Source: Thermoanaerobaculia bacterium (GTDB taxonomy: Bacteria; Acidobacteriota; Thermoanaerobaculia; Multivoradales; Multivoraceae). Taken from it: a stretch of DNA of 64,000 nt. Of this stretch, positions 10,093-19,402 are shown piece by piece. The notes beneath the pieces are model-generated. The model was not told the origin of the DNA and did not search any database. It saw only the letters and a list, made by a program, of their open reading frames with translations. Position numbers and translations under genes: made by a program. Location of the stretch: positions 3,456,001 to 3,520,000 of the forward strand of contig OY761158.1 in the NCBI GenBank assembly GCA_963664405.1, read 5' to 3'. Each line of letters begins with the position of its first letter. Position 1 is the stretch's first letter.

Positions 10093-10862
10093 GAGGTCTT
10101 CGCACTGCGCCGTCGAGGGCGAGTGCCGCTTCGGCGGGCCGAAGCGCGCTTCTTGGCGTGCTCCTTGGACTCCTTGAGCCGATAGGAATCGCCCTCGATG
10201 TTGACGAGCTCGCAGCGATGGACGAGGCGATCGACGATGGTGACGACGGTAGTAGCGTTGGGGAAGACCTCTCCCCATTCTCCAAAGGACTTGTTTGTGG
10301 TGATGAGAAGGGACTTATTTTCGTACCTGCGGGAAACGACCTCGAAAAGTAGATCGGCGTGGCGCGTGTCGTAGGACAGATATCCGAGCTCGTCAATGCA
10401 GAGCAGGGATGGGCGCGCAAAGAGCGCGAGCTTGCGCTGAAGGCTGGTCGAGGAGTCTTGTTCGGCGAGGGTGTTGAGCAGCTCCGAGGCGGTGAGGAAT
10501 CGGGCGGTGGCTCCACGTAGTACGGCTTGATGGGCGAGATTCTTGGCAATGAGCGTCTTGCCGATGCCGTTTGGCCCTATCAAGACAGCGTTGTGCCCTC
10601 GGGCGAGCCACTCGAGCCGAAAGAGATCTTCGATCTGCTCGCGGTCGATCTTCTTGGGCCAATTCCAGTCGAAGTCGGCCAGCGGCTTGAAGGTGCCGAG
10701 CCGGGCCCGACCCAGGCGTCGCTCCAGTCCGCGACGGGCTCGCTCCTGCTCTTCCCAGTCGAGCAGGTCGGGGAGCCAGGGTTGGTTGGCGACCTCATCC
10801 CAGTGGGCTAGGAGGCCATGGAGTTTCAGGGCTGTGGCACGCTCTTGGTCGGTGTTGTTCAT
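10089..10862 (-). CDS. istB: IS21 helper AAA+ ATPase IstB
   Basis: Walker A GPNGIGKT, Walker B IDELGY, TTNK, DRLVH and GDSYR. Confidence 0.95.
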   Translation of the reverse strand: MNNTDQERATALKLHGLLAHWDEVANQPWLPDLLDWEEQERARRGLERRLGRARLGTFKPLADFDWNWPKKIDREQIEDLFRLEWLARGHNAVLIGPNGIGKTLIAKNLAHQAVLRGATARFLTASELLNTLAEQDSSTSLQRKLALFARPSLLCIDELGYLSYDTRHADLLFEVVSRRYENKSLLITTNKSFGEWGEVFPNATTVVTIVDRLVHRCELVNIEGDSYRLKESKEHAKKRASARRSGTRPRRRSAKTS

Positions 10863-12358
10863 TCGTCGTCCTCCTCGTCGTTGGGGTTGTCGTAGTCGGC
10901 CAGTGCATGGGGAGTGACCGTGAGCTCCCGGATCCTGGGATCGTCGGGGAGCTGGACAGGCAGCGCGGGTAGGAGTCCCCGCTCGTGGCGCCGACGATCG
11001 AGGATGAGTCGCACCGCTTCGGGATGCGGGGATCCTTTTTCGAGGGCCTCGTCGATCGCCACTGCAAGCTCCCTGGGTCCACTCTCGGCAAGGAGCTCGA
11101 GGAGTCTGGCGACGGCACTCGAGAGTCGTCTCTGCCGTCGGGCCAGCTCCCGCAGGAGCTCTTCGGCCTGGGGCACCGTACGCAGCAGGTAGTCCTGGCC
11201 GCGCTGTGTACGTGCCTCGCGTTTCTGTCGTTCCAGCTCTTCTAGGTGACGGGGGTCTTCGATGATCTGGCCCTTGTCCCAGGACCTTGTGTGCTCGGCG
11301 ATGAGCTGCTCGCGATCGAAGATGCGCACACGCTCCGGGTCTGCGGCGATCTGTAGCGAGCGGGCGATGCGATCATGCGGGATCGAGTAGCGATTCGCAT
11401 CGAAGCTCAGGTAAGGAGTGCGCCGCGTGATCCGCTCGACCCATTCGTGGCAGGGGAAAGGCTGCGCCGGAAGGCTCACGAGATGAGAGCGCTCCTCGAG
11501 ATAGGCCTGCTCGACGGTGCGACGCCGGTCCTGGGGCCACGGGCGCTTCATCGCTCGGTCGCGACACCACTCCAGAGCGTCCCGGTTCAGCGCTTCTCTG
11601 TCCCAGGTGCGACGCAGCGGAAAGAAGGAAGTTCTGACAAAACGAATGGCTCGTTCGACGCGACCTTTTTCATTTCCTCGTCTGGGAGCAACGGGCCTTG
11701 GATCAAAGCCGTAGAAGTCGGCGAGCTCGAGAAGCCGTGGATGAAAGCGAATGGCGCTGCGGCGCCGCTCGAGCACAGCGCTGCGCAGATTGTCGTAGAG
11801 GTGGATCTTGGCCAGACCCTCAAAGAAGGAGAAGGCGAGGACATGCCCGGTCAGGAAGCTCGGCAGACGAGCGTCGTAGAAGAAGTGCAGAAAGAGAGCT
11901 CGCGAGTAGCTCAGCACCATGACGAAGGCGTAGAGACGGCGCTCTCCGCCATCGACCTTTCGGGTGCCGAAGTGAGCCCAGTCCACCTGGGCCTGTTCGC
12001 CGGCAAGCGTACGGAGCACAAAGAAAGCCTCAGGCGCCTTGCGGGGGCGCAGGCCGAGCTCGGCAATGCAGTGGCGGAAGTGATCCTCCCCACCGGGATA
12101 GTCACGCTTCTTGACCATCTCGTAGAGCACGCTCGCCGGCAGCTCCGGGTAGCGCTCAAAGACTTCCTGGATGAAGGGGACGAAGCGATCGACCATGGAC
12201 GCTCGTCGCGGCGATCGAGGCCGGCTCAGCCCTTCGCGTCGAAGGACTCGAGTGACCGTCGAGTGATGGATTCCCAGATGGCGGGCGATCGTGTTGCGCC
12301 GCCAGCCCTCCGACTCATAGAGACGGCGGATCTCGGCGGCGAGCTCGGGAGAGATCAT
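10859..12358 (-). CDS. istA: IS21 DDE transposase IstA
   Basis: N-terminal helix-turn-helix; QVDW, YDN and KGRVE catalytic motifs; NRYSIP. Confidence 0.95.
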   Translation of the reverse strand: MISPELAAEIRRLYESEGWRRNTIARHLGIHHSTVTRVLRREGLSRPRSPRRASMVDRFVPFIQEVFERYPELPASVLYEMVKKRDYPGGEDHFRHCIAELGLRPRKAPEAFFVLRTLAGEQAQVDWAHFGTRKVDGGERRLYAFVMVLSYSRALFLHFFYDARLPSFLTGHVLAFSFFEGLAKIHLYDNLRSAVLERRRSAIRFHPRLLELADFYGFDPRPVAPRRGNEKGRVERAIRFVRTSFFPLRRTWDREALNRDALEWCRDRAMKRPWPQDRRRTVEQAYLEERSHLVSLPAQPFPCHEWVERITRRTPYLSFDANRYSIPHDRIARSLQIAADPERVRIFDREQLIAEHTRSWDKGQIIEDPRHLEELERQKREARTQRGQDYLLRTVPQAEELLRELARRQRRLSSAVARLLELLAESGPRELAVAIDEALEKGSPHPEAVRLILDRRRHERGLLPALPVQLPDDPRIRELTVTPHALADYDNPNDEEDDE

Positions 12359-12806
12359 CCCGCGCCCGCCTGCGCACCGGGCGTACTCGGCGCGATCGCA
12401 AGAAGTCGTGGCGGACAATCGGCTCGCAAGGATGGCGGCACAGCCTGCAGAGAAGCTCCTCGTTCCGACCTCCAACGGACAAGCCTTGCAAAAACAACGG
12501 AAGCGGCGCGGTGGGCCATGACGCCACCGTCGCAGGGCAGCCCCCGGTGCGGCAACTGTGATGCGTCACTTTCTTTGAGCCTTGCTGCTTGCGATCTCGA
12601 TAGGCCTGCTGACGACGAGCATGCAAGCGGCGCCCTCGCGGCGTCTGCTGATAGCGACGCCCGGCCCCGCGAAGGCTGTGGCGCCGAGCCTCATCCCGGC
12701 ACTCCGGCGTGCAATAACGATGGCCGCGATCGCACCAAGAGCAAATGTAGACAGCTTGCCGGCAACGATCGCAAACGAAACGGCGACAATCGGGACGGCG
12801 GCGCAC
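12315..12806 (-). CDS. IS-encoded Cys/Arg-rich putative zinc-binding ORF1 (about 163 aa)
   Basis: CDRC-x5-CSWCDRGHRYC...KVTH...CRLC motif shared with 49265-49660; AGGAGG ribosome-binding site before GTG 12806. Confidence 0.75.
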   Translation of the reverse strand: MRRRPDCRRFVCDRCRQAVYICSWCDRGHRYCTPECRDEARRHSLRGAGRRYQQTPRGRRLHARRQQAYRDRKQQGSKKVTHHSCRTGGCPATVASWPTAPLPLFLQGLSVGGRNEELLCRLCRHPCEPIVRHDFLRSRRVRPVRRRARDDLSRARRRDPPSL

Positions 12807-13057
12807 GGCCCAGGCCTCCTTCGGCCTGGACTTCGCCACCCGCAGGCGGAATACTCCCTCTTCTGGGGCGTCATACCCCAGGCCTTCCGGCGGTGGGCGG
12901 TCACCTTGCTTGGAGTCGCCCCCGCCGGTCTCCCCATACTCCCACCTGCCACGCTGCTCGCGCGCTCGCGCGCGACGATGATGCTGAAGAGACTCTCAGC
13001 AGGAAACGCGGTCAGAAAGCCGGGATCGCGCGCTTCTTAAGCGCCGTTGACAGGTAG

Positions 13058-13964
13058 TGATCGACTTCGGCGCTACGACCTCTACGCCCCGGCCACGGCG
13101 GGCGAGCGGAGGGTCGACTATCGAGATGCGGTGGACGCGGTTCTAGCCACCTTCGGCGACTTCCATCCGCGTTTCGCTCGCGAAGCCCGACGCGTCTTCG
13201 ACGATGGGCACATCGACAGCGAGATTCGAGCCGGCAAAAAAATGGGGGCGTTCTGCGCCTCCGCCGTGCCACACCTCGCCCCTTGGGTGCTGGTGAACTT
13301 CGCGGGTCGTTTACGTGATGTGGCGATACTCGCTCACGAGCTAGGCCACGCGGTTCATGGCATGCTGGCATCTGAGCACTCGGTTCTCACATTCCATCCC
13401 TCGCTACCGATGGCCGAGACCGCGTCGGTTTTCGCTGAGATGTTGATGACCGATCGCCTGCTGCGGGATGAGTCCGACCCGGATTCGCGGCGGGAGCTCC
13501 TGGGTGGCGCCCTCGACGACATATACGCCACGGTGCTGAGGCAGGCTTTCTTCGTTCGTTTCGAGATCAGTGCCCACCGAGCGATATTGGAGAACGCGTC
13601 GACCGAGGATCTCTGCGATCTCTATCTCGAGAACCTATCGGAGCAATTCGGCGACAGTGTGGAGATACCGCGGGAGTTTCGCTACGAGTGGCTTGGTATC
13701 CCTCACATATTCTCGACGCCTTTTTACTGCTACGCCTACAGCTTCGGTCAGTTGCTGGTACTAGCCCTCTATCGGCGCTATCAGAAGGACCCAGACGCTT
13801 TCCTACCTGGCTACCTGCGAATGCTGTCCTACGGTGGTTCGGCCCGCCCCGAACAGATCCTGGCAGAGGCCGATATCAATGCCTCCGACCCCGCCTTCTG
13901 GCAAGGCGGCTTCGACATCGTCGCCGAGATTGTCGACCAGCTCGAATCTCTACCGGCCGCGTAG
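13058..13964 (+). pseudogene. pepF: Oligoendopeptidase F, 3' part containing the catalytic HELGH motif
   Basis: GKKMGAFC, AHELGH, AETAS and FYCYAYSFG motifs. Confidence 0.9.
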
Positions 13965-13970
13965 CCTCCA

Positions 13971-14376
13971 TCCTCGACGCCATGTGGTGTAGCCGTAGGA
14001 AGTGATAGCGATCACTTCCGTATGCGTCGTCCTCGACGCCATGTGGTGTAGCCGTAGGAAGTGATAGCGATCACTTCCGTATGCGTCGTCCTCGACGCCA
14101 TGTGGTGTAGCCGTAGGAAGTGATAGCGATCACTTCCGTATGCGTCGTCCTCGACGCCATGTGGTGTAGCCGTAGGAAGTGATAGTCATCACTTCCGTAT
14201 GCGTCGTCCTCGACGCCATGTGGTGTAGCCGTAGGAAGTGATAGCGATCACTTCCGTATGCGTCGTCCTCGACGCCATGTGGTGTAGCCGTAGGAAGTGA
14301 TAGCCATCACTTCCGTATGCGTCGTCCTCGACGCCATGTGGTGTAGCCGTAGGAAGTGATAGCCATCACTTCCGTA
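13971..14376. repeat. Tandem array of seven 59-bp units, each forming hairpins (GTAG-REP/BIME-like)
   Basis: CATGTGG recurs at 13981, 14040, 14099, 14158, 14217, 14276 and 14335; stems GGAAGTGAT-N4-ATCACTTCC and GCGTCG-TCCT-CGACGC; fills the gap between convergent pepF and fadD. Confidence 0.95.
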
Positions 14377-14378
14377 GG

Positions 14379-16172
14379 CTACGTTAGCCGCTGGGACTTC
14401 AGGTACATCGAAGCGACGTCGTCCGCGTAGCGCTCCATGACCACCCGGCGGCGGATCTTGAGAGTCGGAGTAATCTCGCCCTCTTCTACGGAGAACTCTC
14501 TGGGCATCAGCTTCCAACGACGTACTCTCTCGTGTTCGGCCAACTGGCCGTTGACCTTGGCGACGGTGGCCTCGACGCCCTCCAGGAGCCTGGGATGGGT
14601 AAGTCGCTCTAGGGCCTCCAACTCTTGGATCTCTTCGGGTAGCTCTTCCAGACCCGGAACCAATAGCGCGGTGATGTAGGGGTAGTTGTCGCCGATGACC
14701 ACCGCCTGGGAAAGGACTCCGTCGGCGACGAGAAGCTGCTCGATCGGCTGCGGAGCCACGTTCTTCCCGCCGGAGGTGACAATGAGATCCTTCTTGCGGT
14801 CCGTTATGTAGAGATAGCCGTCGTCGTCGAAATTGCCAACGTCACCGGTGTGGAACCAACCCCTCGCGTCGATAGCCTCTGAGGTGGCCTCCGCGTTGCC
14901 CCAATACCCTTGCATGATCCCCGGTCCCTTGGCCAGAATCTCGCCGTCTTCGGCCAGATCGAGCTCAACGCCAGGAATCGGTTGACCTACGCTGCCGTAG
15001 CGACACGCTCCAGGTCGATTCAGACAAAGAACCGGGGACGTCTCCGTAAGCCCGTAGCCTTCGTATAGACCTACCCCGATTGCATCGAAGAAGCGGCCGA
15101 CGACCTCCGGCAGCGCGGCGCCACCGGCAATTGCCATGCGCAGCCGACCCCCGAGTCGTTCTTTGACCTTGCTGTACACGAGCTTCTCGGCGAGCCTCCT
15201 CTGCAATGCGAGGTGAGGCGCGAATCTCTTCCGCCCGGGGTCGCTGCTCCTCCTGCCGACGTCGAGAGCCCACTCAAAGATGCGCTGTTTGCCGGGCCGC
15301 TCTTTGCTCAGGTTCGCCATCACCCGGAGGTACGCGCGTTCGTAGAGGCGGGGGACCGAGGCCATGACCGTAGGTCGCACGTCGATGAGGGCCCTTGGAG
15401 CTTGCTCGATCGAGGTCAGGTAGTGAATGGCGACACCTCTGTAGAGAAAGAGGTAGTCGGCGATGCGTTGAAAGACGTGAGAGAGGGGTAGGAAGGAGAG
15501 AGTGACGTCTTCGGGCCCGACCCGGAACAACTCAGCACAGGCGCGGAAGTTCGAGACCAGATTGGCATGGGTGAGGACAACGCCCTTTGGGTTTCCGGTA
15601 GTGCCGCTGGTGTAAATGAGGCTCGCGATCTGTTCGGGCTGGACCCTTCCGCGAAAGCCGTCGAGTGGCCGCGTGTCGGCGAGGCCCTTCCCTTCTTCTA
15701 GCAGCGTACCGAGGCCCAGCTCGGACCCTGAGGCATCGTCGTCGTCGATCGCGACCGCGGTGAGAGTGCCCTCGAGAGCTTCGGCCGCTTCTCGAAGCAC
15801 GTCGCCTTTAGCACGGCCGCGATAAAACGCCCAGAGGGCGTTGCTGTTACCCAGGATGAAAGAGATCTGATTGGCTGGAAGAGTAGGGTAGACAGGGACC
15901 GTGATCGCTCCGAGCAGCTGACAGGCAAAGTCGATCGTGTGCCATTCCGGGCAATTCTCTGAGAACAAGGCGACCCGATCTCCCTGAGCGACTCCCCTCT
16001 CCTCGAGCGCCACAGCCAAGTAGTGAATCCGGCTCAGCCAGCTTTCTGTCGAGAGCCACTGCCAGCGCCCTCGACTCTTCCAAGCCACCAGATGCTCTCT
16101 ATCAGCCTGTGCCTCAGCGATGTAGAAGGCGAGCTCGGAGAGGGTCTGGGGTGGTGTCGGGCCGCCAGTCAC
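14379..16172 (-). CDS. fadD: Long-chain fatty acid-CoA ligase (AMP-binding)
   Basis: YTSGTTGNPKG, GYGLTE, FHTGD and TSGGKNVAP motifs. Confidence 0.88.
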   Translation of the reverse strand: MTGGPTPPQTLSELAFYIAEAQADREHLVAWKSRGRWQWLSTESWLSRIHYLAVALEERGVAQGDRVALFSENCPEWHTIDFACQLLGAITVPVYPTLPANQISFILGNSNALWAFYRGRAKGDVLREAAEALEGTLTAVAIDDDDASGSELGLGTLLEEGKGLADTRPLDGFRGRVQPEQIASLIYTSGTTGNPKGVVLTHANLVSNFRACAELFRVGPEDVTLSFLPLSHVFQRIADYLFLYRGVAIHYLTSIEQAPRALIDVRPTVMASVPRLYERAYLRVMANLSKERPGKQRIFEWALDVGRRSSDPGRKRFAPHLALQRRLAEKLVYSKVKERLGGRLRMAIAGGAALPEVVGRFFDAIGVGLYEGYGLTETSPVLCLNRPGACRYGSVGQPIPGVELDLAEDGEILAKGPGIMQGYWGNAEATSEAIDARGWFHTGDVGNFDDDGYLYITDRKKDLIVTSGGKNVAPQPIEQLLVADGVLSQAVVIGDNYPYITALLVPGLEELPEEIQELEALERLTHPRLLEGVEATVAKVNGQLAEHERVRRWKLMPREFSVEEGEITPTLKIRRRVVMERYADDVASMYLKSQRLT

Positions 16173-16181
16173 GTGAGCACC

Positions 16182-16448
16182 CTAACTTGCTGCCAAGGCG
16201 AAAGAGAAGAGGGCTCGGCGGGCGAGAAATAGCAGAGCGAGCGCGAGCATAGGAGATATATCGATGCCGCCGAGTGCCCGTGGCGGAGCCAGTAAACGCA
16301 AAGGTGCGAACACCGGCTCGGTAAGCTTGGTCAGCAGCACCAACGCTGGATTGCGGGGATTCAACCTGAACCACGACAAAACAGCGCTCAGGATGATGAC
16401 CCAGGAGTACAGAGTGAGGGCCTGTGCGATGAGCCAGAGGAGCGCCAT
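16182..16448 (-). CDS. yggT: YggT family membrane protein
   Basis: LSW...NP...LTEP and GGIDISP motifs; follows yggS. Confidence 0.88.
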   Translation of the reverse strand: MALLWLIAQALTLYSWVIILSAVLSWFRLNPRNPALVLLTKLTEPVFAPLRLLAPPRALGGIDISPMLALALLFLARRALFSFALAAS

Positions 16449-16455
16449 GGAATTC

Positions 16456-17193
16456 TCAGCTAACAGTGAGCGGGGGACGAGGGCCAAAGAGCGCTGTGCC
16501 GACGCGGACGTGGGTGGCTCCTTCTTCGATTGCGACTTCGAAGTCCTCGCTCATCCCCATCGAGAGAAGACCTCGAAAAGCTGGACCGTCCGGGAGCGCA
16601 GCGATGCGGTCCCTCAATCTTGCCAGGCGGCGAAACCAGGGGCGCGCAGCTTCCGGGTGAGGGCCTCTGGGTGGAATCGCCATCAAGCCGAGGAGCTCGA
16701 TTCGGGTCAGCTCGCCGAGCCGGGGTAGGGCAGCGATCAGCTGGTCTTCATCGAAACCGTGTTTGCTTTCTTCGGAGGCGAGGTTCACCTCGAGAAAACA
16801 GGGAATCGTGCGCTCCGCCCGTTCACCCTGGTGCTGAAGAGCCTCGGCAATTCGCAGGCGGTCAACGGAGTGTATTGCGTCGAAGAGCTCGACGGCACGA
16901 GTCGCCTTGTTGGTTTGTAGCGGGCCGATGAGGTGCCACTCAGCCTCCTGCGGGAGCTGGGGAATCTTGGTGACGGCCTCTTGCACCCGGTTCTCTGCGA
17001 AGATTCTGAGACCGGCTTCCCACGCTTGCTGCAGAACCTCTATGCTCTGCCGTTTGCTGGCGCCGAGAAGATTCACTTCGCCTGGCCTCCTTTGCGCTCG
17101 ACGCTCGGCGTCTGCAACTCGTTCTCGTATCTTGGCGATACGCTCTTCGATCGAGGGCTTGGAAGCTGCGCCCCGGGCGACGACGCAACTCAG
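16456..17193 (-). CDS. yggS: PLP homeostasis protein YggS (probable CTG start at 17193)
   Basis: ENRVQE, WHLIGPLQTNK, LSMGMS and VRVGTALFG motifs; the conserved N-terminal helix extends upstream of GTG 17076. Confidence 0.9.
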   Translation of the reverse strand: MSCVVARGAASKPSIEERIAKIRERVADAERRAQRRPGEVNLLGASKRQSIEVLQQAWEAGLRIFAENRVQEAVTKIPQLPQEAEWHLIGPLQTNKATRAVELFDAIHSVDRLRIAEALQHQGERAERTIPCFLEVNLASEESKHGFDEDQLIAALPRLGELTRIELLGLMAIPPRGPHPEAARPWFRRLARLRDRIAALPDGPAFRGLLSMGMSEDFEVAIEEGATHVRVGTALFGPRPPLTVS

Positions 17194-17930
17194 ACCGGAT
17201 CCTCGATGTGGAGGAAGCGGTGGCAGCTCTCGCAGGCGATGAGGCTACCTTGGTCCTTGATCTGCACGATGACCTGCGGTCTCACACTGTAGTTGCACAC
17301 CGAGCAGTGCCAGACTCCGGCTGCCCGCGGCGAAGTCTGAACCTTCGTGACTGCGGCGAAGGCGTGGCCGCCGTGACGCTCGTAGAGGCGCTCGAACTGG
17401 GCTACCAGGTGGCGAGGGATCGACTCTTGTAGTCGCTCGATCTCCTTCGTCACATCGTTGAGGCGGGCGGCGACGCTGGGCTTCTCCTGCTCCCACGCCG
17501 CGAGCAGCTTCTGATAGCTGCTGTCGAGCTCGGAGAACTCGCCCTTTTGCGTCTCGATCTCGCTCTGGGCAGCGTCGGTTCGCTCGATGAGCCCCAGCGC
17601 CTCTTCCTCGTGCGAGGAGATCTCGGCCTTTACGGTGTCGATCTCTGTGAGTAGTGAGCCGTACTCACGCTGGGTGGTAACGCGGTTGACCTGCTGTAGA
17701 TAGTGATCGAGCTTGCTTTGGGCAGCCTCTGCCGCAGCCTCGGCTGCTCGCCGAGAGATCTCATCGGCCAGGATCTGTGCCTCGAGCATCTCTATCGTCG
17801 CCCGATGCTCCAGATACTGATCGTGGGTCTCGCGCATCGAGTCCGGAACGCCCTCGAGTTGTCGGCGTGCTGTTTCGGCCTCTTCCAAGACCTGTTGAAG
17901 TTCGACCAAGGCATCAACATCTCGAGCCAT
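17190..17930 (-). CDS. Coiled-coil protein with a C-terminal C4 zinc ribbon (CT398/HP0958-like)
   Basis: Long coiled coil followed by CSVC...CESC. Confidence 0.85.
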   Translation of the reverse strand: MARDVDALVELQQVLEEAETARRQLEGVPDSMRETHDQYLEHRATIEMLEAQILADEISRRAAEAAAEAAQSKLDHYLQQVNRVTTQREYGSLLTEIDTVKAEISSHEEEALGLIERTDAAQSEIETQKGEFSELDSSYQKLLAAWEQEKPSVAARLNDVTKEIERLQESIPRHLVAQFERLYERHGGHAFAAVTKVQTSPRAAGVWHCSVCNYSVRPQVIVQIKDQGSLIACESCHRFLHIEDPV

Positions 17931-18012
17931 GAATGAGGCGTCCCTCCGTCGGATTGTTATATATGAGCCGCCGCCAGGCTACCATCGAGCACCTGAGTCC
18001 TCGTACAGCTCC

Positions 18013-18088
18013 TGGTGGGTCCACCTGGATTCGAACCAGGGACCGCCCGGTTATGAGCCGGATGCTCTAACCGCTGAGCTATGGACCC
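18013..18088 (-). tRNA. tRNA with CAT anticodon, most likely tRNA-Ile2 (lysidine) rather than Met
   Basis: GGGTCCATAGCTCAGCGGTTAGAGCATCCGGCTCATAACCGGGCGGTCCCTGGTTCGAATCCAGGTGGACCCACCA; 76 nt, encoded CCA, G1-C72 paired, no initiator GGG/CCC anticodon stem. Confidence 0.92.
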
Positions 18089-18245
18089 GGATGGCCCCCA
18101 GCCGGGGGAACGCAGTATAGCACTGGCGGATGGTGGCGAATGCCCCCCCCGTAAAGGGAGCCTTCGACGCCCCTGAGCTGCTATACTCCTTCGCCTACTA
18201 GGGGTGTTTTAGCCGTTCAGTCTCTCAGATCGACGGGAGGTAGCG

Positions 18246-18962
18246 ATGTCGAGTAGGAAGGTTCTTGTCGCGTTGGCTGGCGTTTTTTTGTTGACTCTAA
18301 TCAGCTGCGGCCCTTCCGAGGAGGAAGTAAAGGCTGCGGCGCTCGCCGAGGAGTGGGCTGCGCTTCAGGTCAAGCAGAGCGACTTGATGGAGCTCCGGGG
18401 CGAGGCCGCCGAAGCGCTTGTGAGCGAAAGGCAAGGTTTGGAGTCGCAGGTTAACGATGCCGCCGACGCGTTCGCCGAAAGACTGGTGACTTTCATCAAT
18501 GAGTACGCAGGTTTTGAAGGAGAGGAGCCGCTGCCGGAAGTGAAGGCAGCGATAGGCCTCAAGAGTATCGAGGACATCGAGCTGGCTCGGGAGTACGTCG
18601 CGAAGGGAGGCGACTACGCGAAGGCCATCGACATCCTCAGAGGCGCACTGATTGCCGATCCGGGAAACGCTGCTCTCGAAGCCGAGTTGCGTGCTGCGGA
18701 GGGCCTTCGTTTCATGAGCGAGGAGCGTTTCTCGGCGGTCGAGAAGGGCATGACGGAGGATGAGGTGAGAGCGCTGCTCGGCCAGGTCAAGCCTCAGAAT
18801 GTACGCGACTACAAGGAACAGAATGCGGTCGCGTGGTTCTTCCCCAAAGAAGGTGGCGCCGCGGCCGCCGTGTTTTTCAGAGAGAAGGACGGGCAGCTGA
18901 AGGTCGACAGTCTCCAGTTCGACGCAGTCGCGACAGCGAGTGATCGAGCCGCGGAGGGCTAG
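18246..18962 (+). CDS. Lipoprotein with a C-terminal BamE/SmpA-like domain
   Basis: Lipobox LISC; F..VEKGMTEDEVRALLG motif. Confidence 0.72.
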   Translation: MSSRKVLVALAGVFLLTLISCGPSEEEVKAAALAEEWAALQVKQSDLMELRGEAAEALVSERQGLESQVNDAADAFAERLVTFINEYAGFEGEEPLPEVKAAIGLKSIEDIELAREYVAKGGDYAKAIDILRGALIADPGNAALEAELRAAEGLRFMSEERFSAVEKGMTEDEVRALLGQVKPQNVRDYKEQNAVAWFFPKEGGAAAAVFFREKDGQLKVDSLQFDAVATASDRAAEG

Positions 18963-19041
18963 AGGTGTTCGGACTCTCAGGGTAGAAGAGCTAGCTTCCC
19001 AAGGCCGATTCGCCCTGCGCCCTGGGCTCGCGAGCGAGGGA

Positions 19042-19070
19042 TTGACTTCGGTTGCATGATGGTGCAGACT
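19042..19070 (+). promoter_or_regulatory. Putative sigma70 promoter for rpsU-dnaG-rpoD
   Basis: TTGACT-17 bp-CAGACT about 60 bp upstream of rpsU. Confidence 0.45.
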
Positions 19071-19127
19071 ACTCGGCCCGCTCTCGTAGCAGGGGCGATG
19101 CTCAAAAAAGTGAGGTGAAGTCCATTT

Positions 19128-19337
19128 ATGCCGGTCGTGCACGTTCGCGAAGAAGAGAGCTTCGAGAACGCCCTCAGGCGCTTTAAGAGAAAGTGCGAGA
19201 AAGAGGGAATTCTCACTGAGCTCAAGAAGCGACAGCACTTCGAGAAGCCTTCGGTCAAGCGCAAGCGCAAAGCCCTACAGGCTCGCAAAAAGATGCTACG
19301 CAAGTTGTCGGAAGAGCGCCGCTCGGGGCTCAGCTGA
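19128..19337 (+). CDS. rpsU: 30S ribosomal protein S21
   Basis: [12 protein letters not shown]...FEKPSVKRK. Confidence 0.97.
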   Translation: MPVVHVREEESFENALRRFKRKCEKEGILTELKKRQHFEKPSVKRKRKALQARKKMLRKLSEERRSGLS

Positions 19338-19367
19338 AGAATCACTCATATTTTTCGGATATGGGAT

Positions 19368-19402
19368 GGGAGTGGTGTGAGACACCACTCCCTCTTTGCT
19401 TT
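19368..19402 (+). terminator. Intrinsic terminator between rpsU and dnaG
   Basis: GGGAGTGGTGT-GAG-ACACCACTCCC followed by TCTTTGCTTT. Confidence 0.8.

Larger units (their letters stand above)
9727..13052 (-). mobile_element. IS21-family-like element 1 (3326 bp, four ORFs) with 5-bp target-site duplication GGTAG (9722-9726 / 13053-13057)
   Basis: TGT...ACA ends; imperfect ~35-bp terminal inverted repeats TGTTATCGGCGGTCATAAAGTGCGGGATTCCGGCT / TGTCAACGGCGCTTAAGAAGCGCGCGATCCCGGCT; encodes istA and istB. Confidence 0.95.

Noticed and set aside
10093-10278. N-terminal 62 aa of the 179-aa ORF, or an istB-ORF4 frameshift fusion
   Set aside because: It overlaps istB in another frame, and the element 2 homolog starts at the istB stop, supporting GTG 10092
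9727-13052. Self-splicing intron, IStron or intein explanation for the gene interruptions
   Set aside because: No group I/II intron motifs, reverse transcriptase or intein signature; terminal repeats and target duplications show ordinary DDE transposition, and the inserts contain in-frame stops
11375-13057. 560-aa plus-strand ORF inside IS element 1 (and 47950-49128 in element 2)
   Set aside because: Antisense to istA in GC-rich DNA with no recognisable motifs; best explained as shadow ORFs
13971-14376. CRISPR array
   Set aside because: Units are near-identical over the full 59 bp, with no unique spacers and no cas genes in the window
18013-18088. tRNA as an integration site for an island or prophage
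   Set aside because: No duplicated tRNA 3' end and no integrase seen in the window
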